From Ptychomitrium polyphyllum (Eukaryota), in contig OZ316775.1 of assembly GCA_973851085.1 (NCBI GenBank), forward strand, positions 12,462,001 to 12,526,000: a stretch of DNA of 64,000 nucleotides, in the 5' to 3' direction. Below, in pieces: positions 1-14,074 of the stretch. The position numbers and the translations under genes are program-made. Under the pieces are notes generated by a model. The model saw nothing but the letters and a program-made list of their open reading frames with translations, made no database searches and was not told the origin of the DNA. Every line of letters begins with the position of its first letter. Position 1 is the stretch's first letter.

Positions 1-2132
1 TGACGATTTTACTCTGGTTGACGTTTTCTCTACTTCAAACAGCTTACTGTATACAACAGAATTCGATTCCAGGGATCTATTTAGTACCGCGTTAAACCAG
101 ATATGAAAGTTGTCCAAGCCTTTCCTCTGGCAACGTCTTTCTTCCCAACTCACCGTAATATCTGTCTGTGTCAAAACTTTATCAACCCCTTGTGCAGTAC
201 AACCATGTTGCTTGAAATCTTTGTCCTATCCCTTCTCCAAGTTTGGAAGCCTTTTTCAACATGATCTGGTTATTCCGACAACACTCAAACACACCTTTTC
301 TATACTGAAACAGCAACTCTCTCCTCCCTACTCAGCTATTTTCCATCTGGGTCACCCTTACCCTATTCCTGGAAGTGTTGTCATATGCAATTGATGGATG
401 CAGCAACGTCTATGCCACTCCACGATAATAGAAGGCCTCTTTCACTTTCCTTGCAAATCAGCTCATTTCCTGTTCAACCGCAATATGTTCACAGAGCTCA
501 CTCCGGCCTGCGAGTTAGTCCTTGAACCAAGTAGAATCTGAGTGTCGTAAGGAATTCAATTGTTGTGACGATGCAGTGTGGACGAGGCAGCAGCTTAGGT
601 GAAAGACTGGTGGAGAATTACACTGGGCTGCTGCCTCTGACGTGGAAGGCAGTGCTCCGTTACAAGGAGAGTAGATCAGGGAGTGGCAGCTATGAGAAAC
701 CGGGCGAAAGGAGTGATGATGTTTTTGAGCAGTGGGGATCACGTGGAAAATATCTCCAATCTGCCAAGTCTAGCAGCATCAGCTTCATTCCATTCAATTC
801 TTCTCGGAGACGGCGATGGAGGGTCATGTTCCGAGTGCCCAAAGTGCAAGGCAGCTAGGGAGTATTAAGGCCGACTCACAGACTTCGAAGACACTACTTT
901 AATCTTCAACAGGATAGATATGTAAGATTAATATGCTTTTCCTTCACTTTTGGGTTTGTTGAGTGGATGTGGAGGTGAGCAGGAGCTCTTACAGCAATAT
1001 GTTTCCATGGAGTCACTGTTTTGTGAGGGAATTCTTACGGCCACGCTCTGGCTATCTAATTTCCTGACCGTGCCAGTCCAGGCTCTAAGGACATCATACC
1101 TAGCTTATTAAGCAAACGCTCAACTTTACTTTAGAGAATTAGTTCGCTCAAGTTCCATAGGTTCTGGCTTTAATTGATTGTTGAAGCTGAAGTCAACAAT
1201 GCTATGCCAGGGATCTGGAAACTCTCAGTTTCTCAACTACACGTCCATGTACTAGTCTAGCTCAAGTCCAGCTAAACGGTGTATACTGTGCATATAAGGA
1301 GAAAGGTGACAAATAATCTGAGTTACATCCACTGGTGTGGAGGATTTCTTTTCAATCCGGTTGTCCTCCAGGCTCTTGACCGCGCCTAGTTCCTGACTGC
1401 AGGCTTCTGTGTTGGACAAGTTGTAACTTGACTCACGTTCCATGCTTTTGTTAAAAACGAAGGGCACAAAGAATGCATGTTAGAACTGGCTGTAGAGATT
1501 CTATTTGCGGTGTCAGGGAACTAGGTTTCAAAGCCATTTGTACCATATGTCTTGAGGACCCTTGAGCAAAGATTGGGAGTAAACCTGAGCATGGATGCCT
1601 GCACAAGCATAAATGTGAGCTATCATGAGTAGTAAGGGGCACTTGTGGCAAACATTGAACGAATCAGTAATCAAAGAGATTCTATACTAACTTGTAGGGA
1701 TTGCACATATTGCTTGAAATATGATTTTGGAAAAAATTTGGAAAAAAGAACTTGAGTACTAAAAACAATATACACATTTATTTTAAATTCAAATTATTTG
1801 ACTTAAATTGAAACACATAATTTTCTAATTGATTGGATATAACAAATATATAAATTAAGTTCTTTGCTATTTGTATATAAAGTAATTTTTCTAATAGACA
1901 CATACTAAAAAAATAAAGATTTTTGCCTTTTATACAATAATGTTCATTAGCAAAATAACTTTATGTCATGATGAATAATATTAGAATAGTCATAAATATT
2001 CAAGAAATATCTCACCTAGGTGTTCTATTATAGGAGTGGTTTATTTTGTGGTATTGCATCAACCATGATATGACCAAAACAAGTTCTCCTACTTAGCCAA
2101 AAAAAAGAAATAAATGTTTAGAAAAAATCATT

Positions 2133-2392
2133 TTCATTATAATTAGAAATTTCAAAGTATTTTTAAAGGTAAAATAGATTTAAAAGAAGTTAAATTTGTC
2201 AAAGATGATTATTTTTTTTTAAGAGATATATATAATAAGTTTCTTACCAATAGATGAGTTATATTAGCCACAGTAGATGAATTTGCACTTAAATGATTTA
2301 TGAGATTTATGCAATTCAGTTTAATTTAACTTGAATCTGTATAGATTATTATAGTTTTAAAATTATAATTTTATTCCATTATATTGAATATT
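2133..2392 (+). mobile_element. Dispersed AT-rich repeat, copy 1 (probable old non-autonomous TE fragment)
   Basis: Colinear similarity with 39544-39833, e.g. TTCATTATAAT.AGAAATTTCAAAGT, AAATAGATTTAAAA, TTGCACTT, AAATGATTTATGAG, ATTATTATAGT, CCATTATA.TGAATATT. Confidence 0.7.
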
Positions 2393-3292
2393 GAGTTAGA
2401 GGTAGAAACACTCTAAATCTAGACTTTAAAGCACCAATTTCTAACTTTAGGAGCTATTAAATGTGTGCCACTATTATTACTCCACACAAGAGAAATACTA
2501 TGCTATCGAAATGGCTTCACAGTTCAAGTAACTAATAAACTATGGTGTTAAGGAAACTTGGATTTAAAAGGTGGTGCTACAGAACATTAGTTTTGAAGCC
2601 ATTTATCTCATACATATAAAAGACCTTGACCATAAATCCGGAGTAAAGCTGAGCATGGATGTGTGGTTGAGCAAGCACATGAGCTTGCACGGTGAGGAGA
2701 AATGAATCAGCCGATAATGAAGTAATGGCTGATGCATTGGCTTGCACTATGCAACGCAGATGATACTGCAAGTGTGATATGCAAGTGTGCAAGTCATGCA
2801 AGTGTGATATGCAAGTTATACATAATGATACTGTAATCTTGTAGCACAAATACGCCGACAGTCACAACCTGTCTGGCTCGCGCTCACTTCCAGAGGAGAT
2901 CCTAGTGCCCCTGCACCTACAACTGCAGGGCACAGAATGCACATCGCCAGTCCCTTTGGAAGTGGCTCACTGCATTCAAGATTACTGCTCTCAGGCTGTC
3001 CGTCACTGCCCCTTCCTTCCTCCATTGCAAGTGCTCCTTTCATAGAGATAGCGGTGTGGGAGTTTCTCTTGCATAACTTGCACACTTTGCATTACAGTTG
3101 AGAAAAATTCTGTGGCTATACTTGTGTTCAAGCTTCCTAACGCAGGTTACTCGTAATATCATAGTGCAGCAACCTCGGGGGGTGGATGCTTCATAGCGAG
3201 GGAAGGTTCACCTCACTCGGATCGTCTCTTGGCCAATTGCATGACCTAGAAGTGCGCTCTTGGAGATTGGCTTGGAAGTAGTGTGCTAGCTT

Positions 3293-3332
3293 TGTGTGTG
3301 TGTGTGGGTGTGTGTGTTTGTAGGGGGGGGGG
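3293..3332. repeat. (TG)n microsatellite plus G-run in SPPL 5' region
   Basis: tgtgtgtgtgtgtgggtgtgtgtgtttgtagggggggggg. Confidence 0.85.
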
Positions 3333-3616
3333 TGGTTTTGGTCTTTGGATCTCATGGTGATGATGATGCTGGTGATCAGGGAGTGAGTATGGCGATGGGA
3401 GCGCATGCCGGTGTGCAGGGCATGTCCACGGCTTGTCCGTGCATCTCCGGTGGAGTGGGATGTGCTGGTTGTACGGACATGGTCCGTGGTGGAGCTGAGG
3501 GAGTGCGGGGTGGTTTTGAGATGTGCAGGCATGGGGAGTAATGGAGTGATGCGTTGATAGCAAGTTGGGGGAGGGGGGATTTCGATTGTCGAGGTTTGGG
3601 AGTGATTGTTGTTGTA

Positions 3617-6600
3617 ATGGAGGGGGGACGGGGGAGACGGTGCAGGAGGGATGGCGGAGGAATCTTGTTGGGTTTGGTTATGGTGTTGATGGTCTTGGTG
3701 CTTTCTAGTGTTATGGTGCGGCCGTGTGTGGGAAGTGACATTGAGCATGACGACTCGGTGGCGCCGACGCAGCCTGGGTGCTCCAACAGCTTCGTGCTTG
3801 TACGTCTTCTTGCTGTCCTTTGATCGTAGTTCCTTTTCGCTAGCACTGAAAGAAATTCTCAATCTTATAGTTTCGGTTGATGTACAATGGGTGTGCGCTT
3901 GTGGCGACTCTGACGCTGAATTTTGGCATTTGATTGATTTGCTCGAGTTGGTTTGAGGAGACTGTAGGTTAGTTTGGGTGTTCTTCTCTTGCAGTACACT
4001 CATAGTGGGTTATGGAGTGTAATTTCCAGCTCCCTTTCTTGTTGTTAGTCTCGACGTATTTATGCTGAATCTCTGCACATAGGTAGTCATAAATGTCATT
4101 ACGTTTGCCACGGCTGACTATGCTGAGGATGAAATTAGTCTTGCCCACTTTCTTCGAATTTGAATATAGCGAAGGGCATTTTGCAATTGCGAGCTTTATG
4201 GAACAAGATGTTAGTAAGGAATGACCTGACATGATCGAGCTAGTGATCATTATACTCTGAATGAAATTGTCTCTTCCTGGAAACGTTGATTTCTTGACGT
4301 TATACTGCGATACTTGATAAAATGTCAAGGAGTGACAATCTGTACAAAGGAGCAATCGGAAATCTTCTGAGAATTGATTGAGTGACGTTGAAATAGCCGT
4401 TTGTTTCATGGGCTGCGTCGAAAGCCATGATTATAGGCAATAAACAACACGAAAGACGCTTGCATGTTGTATATGATAGGGCAAAGAGATTTAGTCTAAA
4501 TGGGGGAATCAAATACCATGAGCAGCCTGATGTAGACCTCTTGTGGGACATTCGAAGCAGAAGTCTTCGCTGAAGCAGCAAGTAATTTATTTCTATGGCT
4601 TCTGCCTTTAGAGAGAGTGATGCTAGTGATGTAAGGATATTGGTAAATTTTGTTGCAGGTCAAAATTAGGAACTGGATTAAAGGAGAAGAGGAACCAGAG
4701 GTTGTGGGTGTAAGTGCAAGATTCGGCAAGGTTGTCTCTGACCGCGAACAAGGAACACATAGTGTACCACTGGCAAAGTTAGATCCTGAAGATGCATGCA
4801 CCGATTCCATCAAACCAGTACGTCCTCTTAACCAAAGAATGCAAGGATTATTTTAAGTTTTTCGATTGCTCCATCTCAAATACTCTACACAATATTGGAG
4901 CACAATACAGTTAACAATCAATTCATTGTTTATAAGCTCCAGAATTGACAGCAGCGGTGTTAGGTTTTGCTTCTGCTTCCAACAGTTTTTATCGTTGCCC
5001 GTGTCTTGTTCTACTCGAGTAATTCTGAAGTTTGATTCGTCCATATGATCTGGTGTCTCTCTACAGCTTCAGGGATATGTAGCCCTTGTTAGACGAGGGA
5101 ATTGTGATTTTACAACCAAGGCGAGGGTGGCGCAGAAGGCAGGAGCGGTTGCAATTCTTGTTGTGAATCACAAACAAGGTTATTATTTTATGTATTCCCT
5201 CCTTTGCATCTGATCTCCTCGTCTCCTTTTTTCCATGTGATAGCATGAATGTAATGGGCGGGACCAGTGATTGTTCCATCTAAGGACATTTGTACTTAAA
5301 ACTCATTGATGAGGCGTACTAACATGTGCACCAAATGTTTCTTTCTATAACGTAACAGCAGTGGATTATTGAGAGCAGATGCAAATATCTCAAGTGCCTG
5401 GAGCAAAGTGTGCTCTTCAGGCAAGCTGGCAACCTCAATAACCTCGGCTTTGTATTAACTGCTTTCAATGTATATGCAGAGCTTTACAAGATGATATGCT
5501 CTGAAAATGATACCTTTCAGGATATCATCATTTCGTCTGTCATGTTACCAAGTGCAGCTGGAAACACGTTGGATAAGGCTTTGAAAGCGAATTACGAAGG
5601 TACATTTGAATTTGAGCTAAGATTAATTTGAGAACGAGAAATGCTTTACCTTAGGACTCAGATGAGAGGGTCGGCTGGGCAAAAATTCATTAAGAGCTCA
5701 TTCATTCATTTGCTGGTGGGTTCCAGTGAGAGTGTTGCACTACTCTCCAAGGAGGACAGTAGTCGATATAGGAGAGGTCTTTTTGTGGTTGATGGCCGTG
5801 GGCACTATTTTGAGTGCCTCTTTCTGGTCAGCCTGGACTGCTAAAGAAGCCGCGCAAGAGCACTACCGCCGCATGAAGGCATGAAGCATCTGACGCCTGA
5901 TTCGCTATTTCATTCCTTTATCTGTATTGTCAACTGCTAATAAAGTTTCTTAATCTTACTGTGTGCTAATCGTACAAGCTGAGTCTTAGTTGATCGTATT
6001 TAAACATGTGTAAAGCATTCCTGCGAGTTATGAAGAATGTCAAACTGTTCATCTCACATCAGTGCATTTCCTCCATATCTCGGCAGGAACGACTAGAACT
6101 TCCAGATGAGGTTTCGGCAGAAGTGGGAGATCCAGAGAAAACGGACAAAGACGACGTGATTGATATCAATGTGCTCTCAGCAGTGCTATATCTGTTGTTG
6201 GCTTCAGCTTTTCTGTTGCTTCTCTACTTCTACATGTCGGTTTGGTTTATGCGGATATTAGTTATCCTTTTCTGCATCGGCGGGTTTGAGGTGAGTTTAT
6301 AGATTTCTTGTTTTTTGATATTCCCAGTCCTGCTCTCTTCTCCTGCTACTTGGAAGTTCTCTCTGTTCAAATCCTAACTTGCATTTGCACATGTGATTCC
6401 AAAGTATTTTGAAAAAGTATCAATCAGCTATTTCTTTTAACCTTCAGAATCATGTGGTTTCAATTGTGTTCCAGGGTTTGCAGACATGCCTTGTGTCCCT
6501 CTTGTACAGGTGCGTGCTCTCCAGCAGAACTTTCACAATTTTCTTTTAAGACTTAGGTTTGACCTTTCAGACGCTGTTTTCAAGTCATTCATGAGAAGAT

Positions 6601-9346
6601 AAATGAGAAAATAGTTACTAGATACCAACCTGAGAATGTTGCACGTTGATTTTCCTACAGGTGGTTTCCGAAGGCAGGGGCGACCTTTATCAACGTACCC
6701 CTTATAGGAGCAGTGTCTCTTCTTGCTCTGTGCCTCTCGCCCTTCTGCCTGACGTTTTCTGTTGTTTGGGGTGTCTTCCGTCTGAACTCCTATGCCTGGA
6801 TAGGCCAGGATATACTTGTAAGTTCACTACATCTGGTCTGTATCACATCGTGCGCTGTTGTGCAATACATACAGTTCGGTTGGGCCACTCATATAGTATA
6901 GCAATCTCGATTTTTTGCACTTCTTTTTTGAAGGTAAGTACATCGCCAGGCCTCCTTTCAGGAAAGGGTTGCTCATCCAGGTGATAAAAAAGGAACATTT
7001 GTTGGGCTTCTTTGGTCTGGTTGTCAATTATTGGTAATTTTAGGAGTTTTGGGGTCATGAATTAAACAGTTTTGTTTGTTTGTTTGTTTGTTTTTGGCTG
7101 AACAGCATTAACCAGATATATTTTTCAACTGGCAAGGTCTGATTGTGAAAATCCTGTGCTTCTGGAAAGATGACGATATCCAACTTGGGTTTACTTGCGA
7201 CCTATTTGTAGAGCCTTAGGCTGATGTGTACATAGAAGAAGGGACAGTTCCACTGATTCCAGTGATGTTTTTCTTGTCTATCGTGCCAGGGAATAGCACT
7301 TATACTTACAGTTCTTCAGATTGTACGATTGCCAAACATCAAGGTACGCTGCCTATTGACAAATTGTGAGGACTTCGATGAGCCTTTTTCATTGGCTAGC
7401 ATTATGCTACCTTCATGACAAAGTTTATAATGGGACTATTGCTTGTCTACATAGGTCTCCACAGTACTGCTGAGCTGTGCATTCTTTTATGACGTTTTCT
7501 GGGTTTTCATCTCGCCGAAATTTTTCCACGAGAGTGTGATGATTGTGGTACGTGGATTACTTATTTCATTCCACCATTATCACTTCATTTGTGAGCTACA
7601 TCTATACAGCCACAGAAAAACATTTTGCTTATCCTTCTGAAGTAAAAAACCGTGGTGCAGTGGTCTGATATGTCCTATGAGCTTGATGGAGTTTGCGTTG
7701 TGCAAGCAGTGTCCTTACTGCTCACAGTTGAACTTAAGTTGACGCAGGTCATCCTGTGATGGCAGGTAGCGCGAGGCGATAAAAGTGATGGTGAAGGGAT
7801 ACCAATGCTTTTGAAGGTCCCAAGGTTATATGATCCTTGGGGAGGTTACAGTATCATTGGCTTTGGGGACATTCTCCTGCCAGGGTTGCTGGTGTCGTTC
7901 TGCCTACGGTACAGGGTTTTCCTTGTTTTTTCAGTATAAAGTTCGTTGATGATGTATACGGTCTGTGAGGTATGGATTGTAGTGCATTTATCATTTTGGC
8001 AATTAATCATGTTGATACATCTTATCTGAGTTCTATGTGAAAGCCATACCAAGTATGATATGAGTCTAGGCTTGAGATTCTACACAATTGTGCTTAAATA
8101 AGTGTGGGCTGCACTAATCTCTTATGTCGGCATTATTTTCTACTTGTCGCACTAAGTTGACACATGATAACAGAATGGTTATCTATTATGTAAAGAATTC
8201 TGTTGAAGATTTACTTTGTGAGGCTTGTTTTAAGTGATTATTGGTTACACGACTTGTGTGGGGATTTGGCAACAAGTACTACCTTCTACTACCACATGTT
8301 TGTTTTATTCCTAATCATGTAATTGTGAAGATTCTAGAAGATTTTTTCTACAATAGTCTGGAGGATCCCATCTTTGTCCACTGTCACTAATGAATATTAT
8401 TGGTGGCAGGTATGACTGGACGGCCAGAAAGAGTTTGTTTAGGGGCTACTTTCTATGGTCTACAGTTGGTTATGGACTAGGTACATTTCAGTTGTCGCGG
8501 CTTACTGTGGTCATTTGTTTTAATATTGGCACTAGCGTTCACATTATTTGTAGTTGTACCACACAAAAGGCAGGATCATCTCACTATGAATTTTTGGTGA
8601 AGTGTAGTGGACCGTTTCAACCGTACTTGATTGTAGGAAGTGGTGGATGGAAGCGTGTTTTGGCTATTAGTATGAAGTGAGGCAGAGAGTTTGTACTCTG
8701 CCATTCGTGTTGCGACCATTATGGTCCACTGTAGCGAGCCGAGACTGTCTTGATATCTATTTGGAGTGCTTGCCCTGAGTAGATGTCAGTAGTTGCGCTT
8801 GCTAGAGTGGCATCGTCGCGTACTAACTCTTTTGACGATTTCTTTTCTGGGGATTTTAAGAGAGATCCGTTGTAGTACTTCAGGAAGTGGATGCTAATTT
8901 CCTGTTGGTATCTTGTGGTGAAAATTCCAGGTTTGTTTCTGACATACATTGCGCTGAATGCCATGGACGGCAGTGGGCAACCTGCACTTCTGTATATCGT
9001 GCCTTGTACCCTTGGTACGTTGGACTCTCTAAGGACATGTGAATTTGGTCTTTACCTGCTTATGTGGGAGATGAGTCTGGACTTGCTGAAAATATTTCTC
9101 AAGCAATCTCAGGATAGTACTGAGTCAAGGTCAAGGTCAATTTAACCTCTTCTTGGTAGTGCCCAGTCCTTTATTGTACTTCTTTCAGTCATTTGCTTTC
9201 CAATAGCTGAAAACTGCAATTATATGCATGCAGGCACGGTGCTGATACTTGGGTGGTGGCGAGGAGAGTTAAAATCTTTGTGGTTTAAAGGAGATTCTCT
9301 TGATCAGTTTTCGTTTGATAGTTCAGTACATTTTCCAACTGATTAG
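3617..9346 (+). CDS. SPPL: Signal peptide peptidase-like (SPPL2-5 type) GxGD aspartic intramembrane protease with N-terminal PA domain, ~14 exons
   Basis: Exons at approx. 3617-3799 (signal peptide, [21 protein letters not shown]), 4659-4817, 5067-5178 ([27 protein letters not shown] domain), 5480-5599, 5728-5878, 6087-6290, 6475-6509, 6661-6817, 7290-7343, 7455-7547 (YDVFWVF, catalytic YD), 7767-7908 ([10 protein letters not shown], GxGD), 8410-8481, 8931-9015 (GQPALLY), 9234-9346 (stop TAG). Introns GT-AG except one GC-AG. Confidence 0.95.
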
Positions 9347-11829
9347 TGAAGATTCATGCCAAATTGTAGCGCAGTTTAATGACTTAATAGAGCTTAGGAC
9401 AGACGGAGTGAGTGGATCTAGATTAGCAGTAAAGACCAAATATTTCCAGATGATATGATCGCAGTGGTACTTGTCTCTCACATATAATTGTTTGATGTAA
9501 TTGTACTACTTGTGCAAATACAACCAAAACTTATGCTGGTCTATTTATTACAATTGAAAACCATTGCAAACGTAAATATTATGAGATGCATAAACTTCAA
9601 GCACCCTGTGTGGGCATTTTGGTTTTGGGTTTTTAGAGATTGAAAACCACTTAAGAAGGCATGAGACCAAGAACATATGGTGTCGTGAGAGCAAGTTTTG
9701 AGACAGCAAGGCAAAGATACACTTTCGTTCATGCCCATCTGAATATCCGACAGTGGATTTCTGTAACACTCTTTTCGCACACATGAGCAGCAGGATTCTA
9801 CGATTCGGTAGTTAAGCACATGATTGTCAACTTTCAAAGATAGTGTTCAAATATTCCAGTGGTCACCCGGATCCGATTGTATCCTTTGAAGCAATGGTCT
9901 ATTTCTTACAACCTTACTAGAGGGAGTCACACAGCAGAGATAGGTTTCTCAGAGATTTGAGGCATGAGAAAAAGCTTTGATAAGAAATGGTTTGCATGAA
10001 AGAGAATGCAAGTTTGGAGACACATATACTTGAAGTTAAGGATTTGCTAACAAGAAGCACGTAGAGGTCGCAGTGATCTGCCGGGGCATTCTTGAATTTG
10101 ATTCGTTGGACCATTGCTTTGGAAAGATTCGTGGCGGCTTTCAATTGGAAACATCGAAGTATCTGACCAATGAAAAACCAAATCAAATTTCCTACTGTAT
10201 GATGTAACACCAATCAAGCTTCATTTATCAACAGAGAAACAACAACACCTTCCAGATAGCGAATTAAAATCCTCGTCCTCTCCCACACAATAACACATTT
10301 GGGGAACAATTTCGAGCTTCGTTTCGCATCTCTAGTCACATCCGGTTCTCCTGAGCACTTTCTTCAATGTGGTCAATGCCCAACGAGTTTTATTGCCAAG
10401 GAGGAAGCAACATATGAAATGAAAGGGGGGATTGTTTAAAAGGTGCATCAAGTGGTAAGGAAATAGCATATGAAAATGGGTACAAGTCCTAGAAAACAAC
10501 ATACTATGATTCAAACCTACTTTGTGTAAAGGCCCATGGAGGAAATGTGAAAAATATGAAGCATATTTCAATAGTGGCATTATAAGAACAGTGACATTAT
10601 TCATACAAAAGTGATTAAATCTGATTTTATTTAAATTTAAAAAAATCAATTTTTTAAAGAAGTATATAATTTAAAATAAAAGGCAAAAATTTATCAAAAC
10701 TATACTGTAAAAGAAAGACTGATTAATTGCTTTAGATGCATGAAGAATGTCAAGCTAACTCTTCCACAAAAAACTGACCCTCAAAAACATGGTAAAATGA
10801 TGAATTTCGTATAGAAAACATCACCTCTAGTTTATTCAAATTTCAATACGTTGTCAAACTCGAAATTTGAAGAACCAAACATAGTATACACTACGTTACA
10901 AAATGCAAGTCGAAATGCATCAAGCATGATAAATCCACTATAATATAATATTAGTAAACTGTATTTAAAGTGAATGATCTCCCTGTTAGCTTTGGATTGA
11001 GAAGGTACACTAGCACGAAAGAATTATGATATTCCAGAGAATGTTCACACGGGCACTCCGGAGAAAGTTTGTTTGTGACTGGTCAGTGATAAATACGGTT
11101 GCTGGAACAGGCACAAGACCCAGTGGCAAATTTGCCAAGGGGCACAGGGGTCTGCAGACTGCATAAAGAAGTCAGTGCGGGGCCCTTGCCTCCTGTCATG
11201 TAGTCCTAGGCTCACCGGCACTAGACATAGGCTGGTAGCCCTTCATATAGGCATGAGGGTGGGTGTGACTCACCAATCCAACTTCGGATCATTTACAGCA
11301 CAGACGAGTAGTGCTTGCGCTTTACTGTGGTTCTGTACAATGTGATCCTTGAGGAGAATCATCTTGCACATAAAGCCGAAGTTTCGTTTGCCGCTTCGGT
11401 GGAGCTACTACATTAGAACGATCAACCGCCCAGATTTAGACTGAACTCCATACCCAAAGCATTTTCTGGTCATGTCTTTTCAAACGCCAACTCACTTTGA
11501 TCAGCTTGCATGCGTCCATAGCCACCACCTGACACTGTGCGCGTCGATTCCCACTTCCACGCATGCAACAGGACTTGCACAGTGTGACGGCCACACTGTG
11601 CAAGAACATTTTATTTCACTTACTTCTTGAGTTTCTTACTGTTGATTTACAGAAAATTGTAGGAAGAGAGTATAGTTCGCTTCAATGAATCTTCACGAGT
11701 TGGTGTTATTCTTCAAAGCTTCAAGCGTATTGTCACTGTGGAGTTATTTGCAGTATATAGTGAAAGTTCATAATCCCAGTATTTGCGGATTGTGCTGCAA
11801 CCTTCTGAGACGACTGATGAATTACCTCA

Positions 11830-12210
11830 CACTGTAGTGTCGTTAGTGTTGTTATCAGAAAGTCTCTTTTGTGTCGTTTTGACATGGGATATGATGTTGA
11901 AATGAATGTGTCATAACCCACATTAGATTGATGTCATTCAATTTATCAAAATGATATCACGATGACATCACGATGACATCACAATGACATCTTAATGACA
12001 CCTTAATGACATTAGGTTGACACCAAATCGACACTAATATGTTTTAAGTTAAAATGATGTCAAAATGCCATCAAGTTGGCACAAGTCAAAAAACGTCTTA
12101 TGAAGTTTTGACATGTTTTAGAAGTCATTTCAACATCATTTTTAACCTATGTCATTTTCATGCCATTCACTTGTGTCATTTTGATGTCAAGATGGCATTA
12201 GAATGACAAA
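11830..12210. repeat. TGACA/TGTCA-rich foldback-like repeat with ~11-bp internal tandem units
   Basis: Tandem (GATGACATCAC)-like units at ~11952-12012. An inverted pair is formed by ATGATGTTGAAATGA (~11890-11904) and TCATTTCAACATCAT (~12125-12139). Confidence 0.6.
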
Positions 12211-14074
12211 AAAATAATAAATTATCTACTGATATTATAAACATAGTAATTGAATTTACTAATGAATCCTAATAAACACAAACAAGATTATAATATGCTA
12301 TTGAAAGCAAATCATTTTACCTTGTTGTATTAGTAGTGTTATGTTGTAGGCCCTCTACACATACGTTAAGTAAAAGATTTTGTTTTCAACAATATTCTGT
12401 GAGTTGTGTAAATAGAAACTTAATGCAATACAATTAGAGTTGTGTTTTTGTGGAGTAAAAATTTTCCTTGGTCACAGAAGGTAAGTATACCCTACAACTT
12501 CATCTATTTTAGAGTTGAGGCCTATTTTATACTGGGCGCAAAAATTCACAAATGAAGTGGAACAGGATGCATATGACTGCCAAAAATATCCAACTGAATC
12601 CAACTCCAGTTATAACATTGCCAAGTGTTCTATGGACTGCAGGATATCACTCTGTTATAGCATTCTAGCAGACACTGCCAGTACTATCTGCACAGTACAT
12701 TTATTTACTTGTTTTATTTTTCAACACATATAGATACGATTCATTCCTTAAAAGAAGTGTTGGATGTGAATCCACACATATTTTTAGACATGTCTTTCTG
12801 TGGGAACTGATGTGGGACAACCAAGCGATTTCTATGTTAATTCTTTGAAAATTCTGTTCCATGTGGCTTTAAAATGGTGCACCTCTGACAGAGTCAACAT
12901 AAACGATCACAGTCTTCAATTTCGAATGCGGAACAAAGTTACGGTCCGCAAGAAAAGAGATGGGTGGGCCATGAGTCTTAGCAAGGGAGAAGAGGATTCC
13001 ATCAACTTGTTTACTTTGTTTTCTGGGGAATTACTAAGCCAGGACTAACGCCATCATGTTAATGTGCCACCACCATGTGACGACCCGAGCCCTCAACATC
13101 TCAGAACTGGTCTCCACTTTCACCTCCCAGCTTAAATGGTCGTCGAGGAGATACTTCCACAGTGTATGCACGGGTGTATTGCAAAACTAATCAAATTATG
13201 TAACCTGCAGGTCCTTTCAAAGTTACTTGACTTGAGGCATAAATCTTTCAGGACTTGGCCCATACTTTCATTGAAAGGTTTGTAAAATTGCAATGTAACA
13301 TCCTGCTAAGTTCCGTAAGAGGAGGAATTGCCTCAAGGCATTTACCTTACACAACCTTCCCCAGCTATGTGCATGTCGGGTACACCACAGGATGCAAAGG
13401 TGAAAGCGGATGTTCTCAGTTGTTAGCGTGCCATGGGATTGATGATTTTTGGTAATGGCAAGGAGGAGCGAAGCGAGACGTGGAATGGACACAATCATTC
13501 CGTTCCAGGAAAAGCCGAAGTACTGACAACCGGAACTACACAGAAAGCATGATCATATTCGCTTTAAGGAGACTAGTCTTTCACCACTACGGAACGCCAG
13601 AGGGGAGACTCCTGCCATTAACCAACTCGGACGACCTTCTCGAATGGCACCAAAGTATGTACTAGTCCGAATGCCACAGTAATTGGATCAACCTACTAAT
13701 TACTACTAATTCAAGCTCTTCATGCAAACAAGACCATTAGATTTTCAAAAAGTACAACATAAACTCATTTCGAATCACAGAATAACAAGATACGATTTAG
13801 CAAAATGTACACTCTATGATCAGAGCGATTTTCAATAGCCTGAATTGAACAACAGCAAACTGGAATGGGAAGCAACTAAACTGACTTGCTGTTCCTGCTG
13901 CAAAGCCGATGGTTTGGATACAGTCAATACAAAACTGGGAATGCTCTGATCTACTGGTAATGCTCCTCTGCTCAAGACTATATTTACAAAGTCGACATGA
14001 AATCTATGGTCACTCCCGATTAGGTCATTATTGCTGTAACTTCTTGAGCCATACATACAAACACAAGATGATGA

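Noticed and set aside
110..868. Several short + strand ORFs (e.g. 565-858) that might be the tail of an upstream gene
   Set aside because: No recognisable domain and no convincing splice structure.
3001..3021. Partial miR408-like sequence (CACTGCCCCTTCC)
   Set aside because: Too many mismatches, no precursor hairpin and no matching target gene.
3191..4003. 270-aa minus-strand ORF
   Set aside because: Antisense shadow of the G/T-rich SPPL leader and exon 1; low-complexity His/Thr/Pro content.
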